From an uncultured bacterium (GTDB lineage Bacteria > Chloroflexota > UBA5177 > JANWHV01): a DNA stretch of 64,000 nt. This document shows positions 1 to 9,340 of the stretch, piece by piece; the stretch's first letter is position 1, and the number at the start of each line of letters is the position of its first letter. The notes below the pieces were generated by a model. That model was not told where the DNA came from. It worked only from the letters and a program-made list of their open reading frames with translations, and did not search any database. A program made the position numbers and the translations under genes. The stretch covers positions 832,001 through 896,000 of the forward strand of contig CAWHAE010000016.1 in assembly GCA_963827235.1 (NCBI GenBank). The letters are read 5' to 3'.

Positions 1-39
1 TGCCTGCGCGGAATGGTTCCTCGTTCCTGAGCTTGTCAC
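1..39 (-). CDS. Possible 5' end of a gene divergent from the TetR gene (runs off the window)
   Basis: GAAGGGA RBS-like sequence followed by GTG at 39-37 on the minus strand, downstream of the minus-strand promoter at 254-282. Only 13 codons are visible. Confidence 0.3.
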   Translation of the reverse strand, partial: MTSSGTRNHSAQA

Positions 40-224
40 ACTAGATTCCCTTCTGATTCGTAGTGACGGACCGCACGACCGATCTGACGGAGAGCGGCTG
101 CGCCGGCGCCGACCAAGGAGTCGCGGCCGGTGCTGGAGTCGAGGTAGTGGCACGGGCCCACGAGACCGTCCCTTCAAGCGTGGCCCGCGGTCCTTGCCAG
201 CGACATCAGCGCGGCCTACAATGG

Positions 225-282
225 GAACTGGAGTTCCGGTTCTCATAGTATGCATTGTGAACAGGAGTTCCGGTTCTGTCAA
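225..282 (-). promoter_or_regulatory. Two TetR-type operators overlapping a sigma70-like promoter
   Basis: Imperfect palindrome GAAC(T/A)GGAGTTCCGGTTC at 225-242 and 259-276. Minus-strand TTGACA(282-277)-N17-CACAAT, with the second operator filling the spacer. Confidence 0.7.
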
Positions 283-314
283 TGGGCTGCTCGGCAGACC
301 GCAACGAGGACACG

Positions 315-902
315 ATGACTGCTGGAGAGAGGTCGGGCAGACGCGCGGATGCCGTGGCGAATCGTGCACGCATACTGGATGCCGCGCGCGCGGTGATGGT
401 CGAGCGCGGGCTCGACATGGAGATGGACCAGGTGGCGGCACAGGCCGGCGTGGGCGTCGGCACGCTCTACCGGCATTTTGCCAAGCGCGAGGACCTGGTA
501 CGTGCGGTCGTGTGGCAAGCTATCGACAACGTGGTTGAGCGGTCCCGGGCCGCCGCGGCGCTCGACGATCCAGCCGCGGCACTCCGCGTGTTGCCGCTCG
601 CGCTCGCCACAGAGCCCGGTCTGGTCGCGGTCATCCAGGATCCGCGCGCGCCCAAATCCTTGGCCAGTGTGAGGGAGGAGAGCCAGCCACTGGCCGTGCA
701 GGTGCTTGACCTCATCGCCGGCATTCTGGTGCGCGGCATGCGCAGCGGCGCGTTCCGCGCCGATCTCGACCCGATGGCCACCGCGGCAGCAATTCTCGGG
801 TCGACCACCGCCGTCAACGAGTTCCTCGGGCCCACGCGATCGCCTGAGGAGCTCGCCGACTTACTCGCGGATCTGCATCAGCGCATGGTCGCCGCCGAAT
901 GA
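315..902 (+). CDS. TetR/AcrR family transcriptional regulator
   Basis: RADAVANRARILDAA...MDQVAAQAGVGVGTLYRHF helix-turn-helix; GAGGA RBS before ATG 315. Confidence 0.93.
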   Translation: MTAGERSGRRADAVANRARILDAARAVMVERGLDMEMDQVAAQAGVGVGTLYRHFAKREDLVRAVVWQAIDNVVERSRAAAALDDPAAALRVLPLALATEPGLVAVIQDPRAPKSLASVREESQPLAVQVLDLIAGILVRGMRSGAFRADLDPMATAAAILGSTTAVNEFLGPTRSPEELADLLADLHQRMVAAE

Positions 903-972
903 ATGCGAACGTCCGGCACCGGCTGCGCGGGTGACCTCGCAATCGCACGCAGGATAGCCTCCACTCGCCCCG

Positions 973-1035
973 CTATCTCACGCGGTAGTGAAGGTGGACC
1001 ACGCCGTTACCGAATCGGCGTTCGTCCGGCAGCTC
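973..1035 (-). pseudogene. C-terminal remnant of a dihydrofolate reductase/RibD-C family gene
   Basis: Translates ELPDERRFGNGVVHLHYRVR*, which resembles the typical C-terminus of RibD-C/DHFR-like proteins. No upstream body is present. Confidence 0.55.
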
Positions 1036-1113
1036 GTAGATTGCATTAGCCCGTTTGGAGGCCCGGGCCGCTGGCGAGCGATAACCGAGAGTGTCGTGCC
1101 CGGCGCGGCTGTT

Positions 1114-1500
1114 CTACGGGAAAGCAGGTATCACCTCGGCGGCAAAGTGTTTCAGCCCGTCCAGGTCGAACGGCGCTCCCACGCCCAGGATACAGGCACT
1201 GATGCCCAGCGCGGCATACTCCTCCAGCCGCCGGCATATCTCGTCCGGCGTGCCCACCAGCCAATGCGCCTGTTCGTCCGCGAAGCTCATGCCAAGCCCT
1301 TCGGCCAGCGACGTCGCATTTGCCAGCGCCGCCGCAGAGGTACGGCCGATCACAAGCTGCATGTGCGCGGTCAGCGCGATCTCCGCTGGGTCGCAAGAGA
1401 TAGCCGCGCAAGCTCCGCGCAGTCGTTCGACGGCTACGGCGATCTCTTGCGGCGATCTCTGCGGCGATCCCATGCCGTTCCAGGCGCTGGCTGGCGCCAG
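1114..1500 (-). pseudogene. C-terminal fragment of an LLM-class flavin-dependent oxidoreductase
   Basis: WLVGTPDEICRRLEEYAALG...LKHFAAEVIPAF is the LLM C-terminal signature. The N-terminal two-thirds are absent, and the upstream gene ends at 1516. Confidence 0.75.
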
Positions 1501-1515
1501 ACTGCATGGGCCGCC

Positions 1516-2826
1516 TCAGCTGCACCACCGTGAGACGAAACGGGCGCAGACCTTTGCCAGGTCGACCAGGTCGGCGATGAGCACATATTCGTCGGGCCCA
1601 TGGGCTGCGCCGCCACCGGGGCCAAGAATCAGAGCCGGCGTGGGACTGTAGCGATTGAAGACATAGCCATCACAGGCGAATGGCGCACCACGCAGCTTGT
1701 ACGGCCGCAGGCTCAGGCTCTCGTAACTCTCGCGCAGCGTGCTCAAGGCCGGATGGTCGAGCGGCATGCTGCTTCCCGGTAGAAAGCGGATCGTAGGGAT
1801 CAGCTCAGGACGCCGGCCTGCCGTGTTGGGATCGGCATCCAGCTCTCGCATGATGTAGCTCATGAGAGCTTCGTCGAATTCCTCCATGGTCGTGCCTTCA
1901 TACACTTCAGCCCAGAAGTGCAACCAGGTTTCGGCAGGCACGCCCATGTCTTCCTCGAAAGCCGTTCCACCGCCGCCGAGCTGTGTGAGCTGGAAGGTGA
2001 TCTCGGGGTTATCCCGGTAGAGTGGCGGGACTGCGTCCGATCGCTGCCGATCGGCGTTGAACTTCCTGATCGCGATGACCGCTCGCGCCAGGGCCAGAAC
2101 GGGATCGGCGAGCTGTTCGCCGCCGTACGCTCTGCCCGGATCACCGTGGAAGCGCAGATACGCGTTCTGCCCACCGCGTTGCGCCGGGCAGACGTCCATA
2201 TGTGTGGGCTCGCTGTTGAATGCGATGTCCGCATTGTGGCCGCGCAGCCTAGCCGCCAACACGCCATGTGAGCCGCCGTATTCCTCGTCGACAACGCTCT
2301 CGACGATCACGTCGCCGCGTCGTGCCACGCGCAGCTCGCCCAAGCAGCGCATCGCGAACAGATGACTGGCCAGCGCGCACTTGGTGTCGTAGCTACCGCG
2401 GCCATAGAGCTTTCCGTCGACGATCTCGCCGCCAAACGGCGTGCCTTTGAGCCAGGGTAGAGCGCCTGCCGGCATCGTATCGATGTGTGTAGAGAAGAGG
2501 GCGGACCGGCCACCGCCCGTACCACGGAACGTACCGACCACGTCGGGGCGATCGGCGTATTGTCGCTGGAGCCCGCTGACCGTGGGAAAGTACGCCGGAT
2601 GCTCGCGCAAGCCCGGCACCTCATCGGGCGTGAACCAATCCACGTCAGCGCCCAGCCCGAGCAGCCGTTCACGCACGAAGGCCTGTGCCGCCTTCTCATT
2701 CCCGGTGGGCGGGTGGCTTTCACTGGGGATCCGTATGAGAGCGCGAGCAGTCTCAATCAGCTCATCGGCGTGAGCATCCACCCAACGATCGATCGCGTTG
2801 TCCAGCGTCTCGCCGCTCGCAACCAT
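1516..2826 (-). CDS. M20 family metallo-amidohydrolase (ArgE/DapE-like)
   Basis: Metal-ligand motifs THIDT, GRGSYDTK, VDEEYGG, NSEP, AHGPDEY; GAGGAGGG RBS before ATG 2826. Confidence 0.9.
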   Translation of the reverse strand: MVASGETLDNAIDRWVDAHADELIETARALIRIPSESHPPTGNEKAAQAFVRERLLGLGADVDWFTPDEVPGLREHPAYFPTVSGLQRQYADRPDVVGTFRGTGGGRSALFSTHIDTMPAGALPWLKGTPFGGEIVDGKLYGRGSYDTKCALASHLFAMRCLGELRVARRGDVIVESVVDEEYGGSHGVLAARLRGHNADIAFNSEPTHMDVCPAQRGGQNAYLRFHGDPGRAYGGEQLADPVLALARAVIAIRKFNADRQRSDAVPPLYRDNPEITFQLTQLGGGGTAFEEDMGVPAETWLHFWAEVYEGTTMEEFDEALMSYIMRELDADPNTAGRRPELIPTIRFLPGSSMPLDHPALSTLRESYESLSLRPYKLRGAPFACDGYVFNRYSPTPALILGPGGGAAHGPDEYVLIADLVDLAKVCARFVSRWCS

Positions 2827-2843
2827 GCTCGACCGGCCCCTCC

Positions 2844-3734
2844 TCACTGGCGCAGCGCGCCCTCCATCAGGCCCTTCATGAACCACTTCTGCAGACCGAC
2901 AAACAGGACGATTGGCGGAACGATCATGACTGAATAGACGGCGGCGATGCGCGGCCACTCCCACACACCAGTGCCTGCCGTGGCGCCCGCCATGCCCACT
3001 GTCAGCGTGCGGGCATTTGGTGTGGAGGTCAACGTGTAAGCGAGCAAGAATTCGCCCCACATGGCGATAAACGTGAGCATGCCCACCACGATCAAGCCGT
3101 TGCCGCACAGCGGCAGGACGATCTGCAGGAAGGTACGCGGGGTCGAACAGCCGTCGGCGCGTGCCGCCTCCATCAGCTCTTTGGGTATGGCGCGGAAGAC
3201 GCCCGTCATGATGAAGGTGCTGACCACCAGGTTGATGGCAATGTACGGCAGGATCAGGCCCAGCAGGCTATCCAGCAGATTGAGATCGGAACTGACCTGG
3301 TAGATGCCGATCACGGAGGTGATCTGTGTTGGGAAGAACAGCGAGGCCACCATCACGATGAGGACTATGCGTCGGCCGGGAAACTGGAGCCAGACGAGCG
3401 CATAGCCCCCGAGGCTGGAGACGATCATCACGCCGATTAAGCCGCAAACCGTCACGATCACGCTGTTCACAAAGTAGCGCGGCAAATCGGGGATGTGGCT
3501 GAATGCGTAGCCGTAGGCATCGAAGGTGGGGTGTGTCGGGAAGAAGGTAATCGCGGCGTAGGCCTCGGTCAGCGACTTGAACGACATGCTGAAGACCCAG
3601 ATCACCGGGATTATGGCCACGGCGCAGAACAGGATCAGGATGGCATGGCGGATCACCACTCCCGACTTGATCGGTGTGCGTCGTCGACCGTGAGGGAGCG
3701 AGGCGCCACTTGCAGTCGAACGCTCGACAGCCAT
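2844..3734 (-). CDS. Carbohydrate ABC transporter permease (MalG-like)
   Basis: Six hydrophobic segments; EAA motif IPKELMEAARADG. Confidence 0.93.
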   Translation of the reverse strand: MAVERSTASGASLPHGRRRTPIKSGVVIRHAILILFCAVAIIPVIWVFSMSFKSLTEAYAAITFFPTHPTFDAYGYAFSHIPDLPRYFVNSVIVTVCGLIGVMIVSSLGGYALVWLQFPGRRIVLIVMVASLFFPTQITSVIGIYQVSSDLNLLDSLLGLILPYIAINLVVSTFIMTGVFRAIPKELMEAARADGCSTPRTFLQIVLPLCGNGLIVVGMLTFIAMWGEFLLAYTLTSTPNARTLTVGMAGATAGTGVWEWPRIAAVYSVMIVPPIVLFVGLQKWFMKGLMEGALRQ

Positions 3735-4681
3735 CAGTATGCCTCCGATCCGGGACGCAACAGGGCATAGAGTCCAACAGCGACTGCCAGCATGATCGCC
3801 GCGCCGATCCAGCCAATCGCGGCGGCATAGCCCATAGGCTCCGCGTTCAGGAAGGCAAGATTATACATGTAGACCGTCCACGGATGCAGAGTATCCTGCG
3901 AGCGCATGACCAGGTACTCTACCAGCACGCCCATCGCGGTGCTCAAGCGAAGCACCAGTATGATCAGCAGCATCGGCTTGAGCAGCGGCAGCGTGATCCG
4001 CCAGAAGATGTGCCACTCTCTCGCTCCGTCTATGCGGGCCGCCTCGTACAGCTCCGCCGGTATCGCCGCCAGCCCCACCATGAAGAAGACGGTGTGGTAT
4101 CCAATTCCCCACCACCACTCCATGAAGGCGATGCAGGGAATAGACCAGGTATCGCTACCCAGCCAGAGCGGGGGATTCGACCAGCTGGCGACGTGCAGGC
4201 CGTCAACCAGGAACCAGTTGATCAGCCCTTGATCGGGGCCGTACATCCAACTCCAGAGGATGAAAACCAGGGGACCGGGAATCAGGGCCGGAATGTACAG
4301 GAGCGTGCGGTAGATGCCGGAAACCAGCTTGTTCCGCACGCGATCGAGCAGAACGGCCAGGAAGAGCGGGAACAGCACACCGCCGGGAATGAAAATTGCG
4401 GTGAACTCGGCCGCCTGCCCGATACCCTGCCAGAATACCTGGTCGTGCAGGGCGTTATCGTAGTTGCGAAACCCCACCCAGTGCGTGTCCGCCGGGAAGA
4501 GGTTGCGGTAGTTCGTGAAGCTCAGCCAGAGTACGCGCAGGATCGGGTAGGCCTGGTAGAGCACCAGGAACCCCACCAGGGGCAGAATGAAGAGGTAGCC
4601 GAGCGAATAACGCCGGACAGCGCGCATCATTGTCGACCCCATGCTCACTCTGGGACGGCTACCGATTGGTACAGCACTCAT
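3734..4681 (-). CDS. Carbohydrate ABC transporter permease (MalF-like)
   Basis: WVGFRNY motif; IPAELYEAARIDGA; stop overlaps the next start; start codon approximate. Confidence 0.92.
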   Translation of the reverse strand: MSAVPIGSRPRVSMGSTMMRAVRRYSLGYLFILPLVGFLVLYQAYPILRVLWLSFTNYRNLFPADTHWVGFRNYDNALHDQVFWQGIGQAAEFTAIFIPGGVLFPLFLAVLLDRVRNKLVSGIYRTLLYIPALIPGPLVFILWSWMYGPDQGLINWFLVDGLHVASWSNPPLWLGSDTWSIPCIAFMEWWWGIGYHTVFFMVGLAAIPAELYEAARIDGAREWHIFWRITLPLLKPMLLIILVLRLSTAMGVLVEYLVMRSQDTLHPWTVYMYNLAFLNAEPMGYAAAIGWIGAAIMLAVAVGLYALLRPGSEAY

Positions 4682-4778
4682 TATCGCATCTCGCGCGTAG
4701 CGGCCACACACCGGGCCGATCCGCACCTATCCTCCGTGGACGCTGCGCACCATGCCCATTTGGTATCGGCGATGTAAA

Positions 4779-4814
4779 GCGCGGAGATGGCAGCCTCGGC
4801 TGCCATCTCCGCGC
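4779..4814 (-). terminator. Stem-loop after the solute-binding protein gene (mRNA stabiliser or attenuator)
   Basis: GCGCGGAGATGGCAGC-CTCG-GCTGCCATCTCCGCGC perfect stem; no U-tract. Confidence 0.7.
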
Positions 4815-4821
4815 GCCAGGA

Positions 4822-6261
4822 TTAGCCGCCCATCTGCTGCTGGAGCTGCGTCTTGAACTCGGACGCCGTCTTCTGCATGGCCTGCTCGGGCGTGACCTTG
4901 CCCTTCAGGGCATCCAGGAAGTGGGAGACCAGCGCCCCGTTGAGACCCAGGGAGAACCCGTAGATGCTGTTCTCGACGGCCTTGCTGGCTGCCAACTGGG
5001 AGTACGCCGTGAAGACCCAATCCGGCGCCTTGCCCTTGAGCTTGGGGTACATGGAGTTGAACGGCGGGATCTGGCCGGAGCTGATGACCTCTTGTATCCA
5101 GAAGCGGGGGTCGGAGAGCAGCCAGGTCAGCCAGTTCGCCCCTGCCTGCTTGTTGCTGCCGTACTGGAAGAGGCCCGCCCCGGTGTCCCAGAAGACCGAT
5201 CCGCCGGCGCCGCCGGCTGCGGGCTTGGGCAGCTTGCCCAGGCCCATGTCCTTGATGCCGCCGACGCTCTTGGGCCAGAGCAGCGCATCGTGCACGATAG
5301 CGTTGGGGTACTTGAAGATCATCGCCACGCGGCTGGCCTTCAGCGCCACGTCGTCGATGGTAGCTGCCTCGACGGCGGTGCCGGTAGCGAAGAAGTCGGG
5401 CGGCGTGTAGGGGATGATGCCCTTGCAAATCTTTATGGCCTGCACGTAAGCCGGGTTGGTAAAGTCCGGATTGCCGTCCTTGTCGTACACATCCAGGCTG
5501 ATGCTATGCACCACCGGCATCAGGGAGCGCCACGGGTGCCAGTCAAACGTGGCGCCGGCCACGGTGTAGGAGCCGCTCTTCAGATGCTTGTCGTTGACCT
5601 GCTTGGCGGTAGCCGTGAACTCCTCCCAGGTGGCGGGGATCGACGTGATCCCTGCCGACTTGAACATGCTCTTCCGCCATTGCAGGCTGGAGATGTCCAG
5701 CAGGATCGGCCAGTCGTACATCTTGCCGCCGATCATGCCCTCATCCTGGACGGACTTCGGCATGTCGTTCTTCACGCTGGCGGGCATGTAGGCGTCCCAG
5801 GGCTCGAGCGCGCCGGCGGCCTGGAGCTGTGACATCTCGACGAACGGAGTCATGCCCACGTAGACGTCCCAGGAGGACTTCTTGTTGCGCGCCTCCAGCA
5901 GGAACTTCTGCGTGCTGAAGTTGCTCTCAGGGGCGACCTGGATTTGTACCTGGGCGTCCGGATTCTTCTTGTTGTACTCGTTCGTCAGCGGCTGGATCTG
6001 GGGATTGAAGTTGAGGATCCACTGGTAAAAGCCCAGCTGTGCAACGCCGGAGGCGGCCACGCGCTTGGCGGCGTTGGCTGCCTCGACATCGGCGCGAGCG
6101 GTGGCCGGATTGTAGGCCTTTATGAATGCTCCGATGGCCGCGGCCGATAACCCGAGTTGGCCGGCGCGCTTCAGGAACTTGGAGCGCGTGGTCTTGCCGG
6201 CGCAGAGGCGATAGAACTCCTCGTATACCGGCTCGTAGTCAAAACTCTCGTGCATCGACAT
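4822..6261 (-). CDS. Sugar ABC transporter solute-binding protein, Tat-like signal
   Basis: TRSKFLKRAGQLGLSAAAI signal; SBP family-1 features (IPATWEEF; TPEQAM C-terminus); heads the permease pair. Confidence 0.9.
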   Translation of the reverse strand: MSMHESFDYEPVYEEFYRLCAGKTTRSKFLKRAGQLGLSAAAIGAFIKAYNPATARADVEAANAAKRVAASGVAQLGFYQWILNFNPQIQPLTNEYNKKNPDAQVQIQVAPESNFSTQKFLLEARNKKSSWDVYVGMTPFVEMSQLQAAGALEPWDAYMPASVKNDMPKSVQDEGMIGGKMYDWPILLDISSLQWRKSMFKSAGITSIPATWEEFTATAKQVNDKHLKSGSYTVAGATFDWHPWRSLMPVVHSISLDVYDKDGNPDFTNPAYVQAIKICKGIIPYTPPDFFATGTAVEAATIDDVALKASRVAMIFKYPNAIVHDALLWPKSVGGIKDMGLGKLPKPAAGGAGGSVFWDTGAGLFQYGSNKQAGANWLTWLLSDPRFWIQEVISSGQIPPFNSMYPKLKGKAPDWVFTAYSQLAASKAVENSIYGFSLGLNGALVSHFLDALKGKVTPEQAMQKTASEFKTQLQQQMGG

Positions 6262-6661
6262 ACCTCTTCAAGAACTATAGCTCTTCAGGCACAGGTTAGG
6301 ACTTCGCAGCCTGCGGCACCTGGATCTCCAGTGGCCCGAAGTTCTTGCCGGCGGCCGACTGAGCGGCCTCGGCAAGTCTAGGCAACAACGCAGCCCTTCG
6401 TCGATGGAGGCTCTCAATGCGGAGTGGCAGCGCGGTAGCACCCGCAAGCGGGCGTTCGGGCGGGCGGATCCTCGCTCTACGCCGGGTGCCTGCTCGCGCT
6501 TGCAGCGCGCCGGTGCCCGCCGTCCGGTCCGCCTTGGCCGGATCACCCTGGCTTGGGTGGAGATGACCGACAACCACCGCCCCTATATCACCCCCTCTCG
6601 CAACTGCGCGGCCCGGAAGACCGTTTCCAGTCTGCGCGCGTCTCCGCCGCTACTGCTGAGC

Positions 6662-6717
6662 TTAAGTTTGTCGAAAACACATACATAACTTATAGGCGTG
6701 GGCGGAGGCGCTGTCAA
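6662..6717 (-). promoter_or_regulatory. Promoter of the ABC operon with ROK operator
   Basis: Minus-strand TTGACA(6717-6712)-N17-TATAAG(6694-6689), followed directly by TTAAGTTTGT-N7-ACATACATAA (6662-6688). Confidence 0.75.
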
Positions 6718-6873
6718 GGCTTTCCGGAACGGCGCCCCTTTCTCTCCCGGCTCTCGTCACACCGCCAGGCGCGATCAGGTACGCCAGCGTTCGTGATGAC
6801 GGACCTCGCGGCATGCCTCAGGCCGTTTTTCACGCCGCGGTGGCATGCAGGCGCGAGCCCTGTCACCCGGCGG

Positions 6874-6919
6874 TTGACTTCGTCATGGCTGAATATGTAT
6901 GTTGGTGGCACATACATAT
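6874..6919 (+). promoter_or_regulatory. ROK gene promoter with palindromic operator
   Basis: TTGACT at 6874; perfect inverted repeat ATATGTATGT-N7-ACATACATAT at 6893-6919. Confidence 0.75.
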
Positions 6920-6928
6920 GGGGGCGTC

Positions 6929-8188
6929 ATGGCTCACGTCATACTCTCCGTCGAGTCGGTACGGCGCACAAAGCTGAGCGCCATTCTTCGAGCCCTCCAC
7001 GAAATCGGGCCTCAGTCCCGATCGCAGCTGGGTGCTCGATTGGCTATGAGCCGCAGCATGGTCGCCGACCTGGTGGCTGACCTGAGCGCACGCGGCCTGC
7101 TGCGAGAGGACACACCGGATCACTCCGGCATGCCTGGACGGCCGTCTCCCGTGGTGCAGATCGTCGAGGACTCAATCGCCGTGCTCGCCGCCGAGGTTGC
7201 CGTAGACTCGCTGTCCGTGGCGCTTGTCGGCCTCGGCGGTCAACTGCGCGACGTCGTCCGCATTCCTCACAGTCCGGGCAGACTCAAAGCAGACGAGACC
7301 GTAAGCGACCTGACGCTTCTCGCCAATCAGATGCTTGCGCGCGCTCCCCGCGGCTGTGCGCTCGCCGGCGTCGGAGTCGCCTTTTACGGCGTGGTTCGCC
7401 GCTCCGACGGATTCGTGCATCACTCGCACAACCTTGGCTGGCGTGATGTGCCGTTGGGCATGTTGCTCCAGCAGAGCCTCGGCCTCTCCGTTCCCGTGAC
7501 GGTGGCCAACGACGCGGACCTCGGTGCACTGGCCGAGCATACGCGAGGAGCAGGACGAGGCGTCAGCGACATGGTCTATCTCTCCAGCGAGATCGGCATA
7601 GGCGGCGGCATTATCGCCAATGGCCGGCCGGTGGCGGGAGCGGCCGGAGTGGCCGGCGAGGTCGGCCACCTGCCGGTGAACGCCGGCGGCATGCTGTGCT
7701 ATTGTGGCGCCACCGGCTGCTGGGAGACCGAGGCCGGAGAAACGGCGCTGCTGAGACTGGCAGGCCGCGAGAGCCGGTCACCCTGCCACGACTGCGTCGC
7801 CGAGGTGCTCGCCGACGCGGCGAGCGGAGAGCCTACCGCCCGCGCGGCGGTCGAAACCATTGGGCGCTGGCTCGGTATCGGCCTGGCAATACTCGTCAAC
7901 ATCTTCAACCCGGAACGCATCGTGCTCGGCGGCTTCTTCTGTGAGCTCTACCCATTGGTAGCTGCCATCATACACGAGCAGGTGCAGGAGCGGGCATTCC
8001 CTCCGGCGCGCGATCTCGTCAGCATAGTGCCGGCAACCCTGGGCCCGGACACGACCCTTCTGGGGGCCGCGGAGCTTGCCTTCGAGCCTATTCTGGCCGA
8101 TCCCACCCTGGTGCCTTCGCGCAAGGCCGCCGCGGCCGCGCGCTGGGAGCCAGGAGTAGCGCCTGCGCTCGCATCGCGCTCCTGGTAG
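6929..8188 (+). CDS. ROK family transcriptional repressor
   Basis: N-terminal wHTH (SRSQLGARLAMSRS, GRP); ANDADLGALAE; GEVGH...CYCGATGCWE zinc motif. Confidence 0.95.
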   Translation: MAHVILSVESVRRTKLSAILRALHEIGPQSRSQLGARLAMSRSMVADLVADLSARGLLREDTPDHSGMPGRPSPVVQIVEDSIAVLAAEVAVDSLSVALVGLGGQLRDVVRIPHSPGRLKADETVSDLTLLANQMLARAPRGCALAGVGVAFYGVVRRSDGFVHHSHNLGWRDVPLGMLLQQSLGLSVPVTVANDADLGALAEHTRGAGRGVSDMVYLSSEIGIGGGIIANGRPVAGAAGVAGEVGHLPVNAGGMLCYCGATGCWETEAGETALLRLAGRESRSPCHDCVAEVLADAASGEPTARAAVETIGRWLGIGLAILVNIFNPERIVLGGFFCELYPLVAAIIHEQVQERAFPPARDLVSIVPATLGPDTTLLGAAELAFEPILADPTLVPSRKAAAAARWEPGVAPALASRSW

Positions 8189-8303
8189 GGAGGCGGTGCC
8201 CGGCTACCTGGGAACTCAGCGCGGCGGACGACGTTCGACGCAGGTTATGAGCAGAGAAGGCTGGTAGCCGGGAAAGCTACCTCCAGCACGGAACGGAAGG
8301 CCG

Positions 8304-9311
8304 ATGAATTCCTACGATCGGGTCATGTCCCGGCTGCGCGGGGTGCCTGTCGACCGGGCGCCAAACTTCAACATCATGATGGCCTTCGCCGCGCGACACC
8401 TCGGCCTGCCCCTATCCCGCTTCTATCTGGAGTACCGGGTGCTCTGCGAGGCGAATCTGGCCGTGCTCCGCGACTTTTCTCTCGACCTCGTGGGAACCAT
8501 GTCGGACTCTTACGGCGAGGCCGCGGACTGGGGCGCGGCGATTGAGTTTCCCGACAACGCCATGCCCAGGTGCACTGCGCCCCTGCTCCAGAGTCTTGCG
8601 GACATGCGGAACCTGGTGCCGCCCGACCCCGCATCGGGCCGGAGAATGAGCAACCGCCTCAGCGCGCTGCAGTACTATCGTGCTCAGGTGGGAGGCGAGG
8701 TCCCGATCCTTGGTTGGGTAGAGGGCGCTCTGGCGGAGGCGGCGAACCTGCGCGGCGTGTCCCAGTTCATGCTCGACGTGTACGATGACCCGGAGCCGCT
8801 GGACGACGTGCTCCAGCGCTGCACCGACGTGGCCATCGCCTTCGCCCGCGCGCAGATTTCCGCGGGCGCCGACATCATCGGCCTGGGCGACGCCGTTGCC
8901 TCCCAGATGTCGCCCCGCATGTATGAGCGCTTTGCGCTGCCCTACGAGCAACGAATCTTCGCCGCAGTTCACGACATGGGCGCGTTGGCCAGACTCCACA
9001 TCTGCGGCAATACAACCAGGATGCTGCCGCTCATGGCTCAAAGCGGTGCCGATATCGTCGACGTCGATTGGATGGTCGACATGCGCGCCGCGGGTGAGGC
9101 CCTGGCAAGCAAGGCTGTGTCCGGGAACTTCGACCCCGTAACCGTCATGCTTCGGGGAACGCCGGAACTGGTAAGGCAGTCGGTATGGCACTGCCTGGAA
9201 TCGGGGGGACCGCGGTGCTTCAGCATGGCCGGATGCGAGATTCCCGAGGGGACGCCGGACGCGAACCTCCTGGCGCACGCGAAGGCTCTGCGCGAATACG
9301 AGCGGTACTAG
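8304..9311 (+). CDS. URO-D/MtaA-CmuA family protein (methylcobamide methyltransferase-like)
   Basis: LHICG (H-x-C) plus C-terminal AGCEIP Cys as zinc ligands; GNFDPV; AQISAGADII. Confidence 0.85.
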   Translation: MNSYDRVMSRLRGVPVDRAPNFNIMMAFAARHLGLPLSRFYLEYRVLCEANLAVLRDFSLDLVGTMSDSYGEAADWGAAIEFPDNAMPRCTAPLLQSLADMRNLVPPDPASGRRMSNRLSALQYYRAQVGGEVPILGWVEGALAEAANLRGVSQFMLDVYDDPEPLDDVLQRCTDVAIAFARAQISAGADIIGLGDAVASQMSPRMYERFALPYEQRIFAAVHDMGALARLHICGNTTRMLPLMAQSGADIVDVDWMVDMRAAGEALASKAVSGNFDPVTVMLRGTPELVRQSVWHCLESGGPRCFSMAGCEIPEGTPDANLLAHAKALREYERY

Positions 9312-9340
9312 ACGCTCGGTAGAAGTGGGAAGGAGAAGCT

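Noticed and set aside
3674-5832. Long antisense ORFs (367 and 400 aa) and similar shadow ORFs across the window
   Set aside because: They lie opposite well-supported genes, as expected from high-GC codon bias.
8189-8284. Long-range complementarity (CCCGGCTACC / GGTAGCCGGG) after the ROK stop as a riboswitch
   Set aside because: Only a 10-bp helix in GC-rich DNA, with no known aptamer motif.
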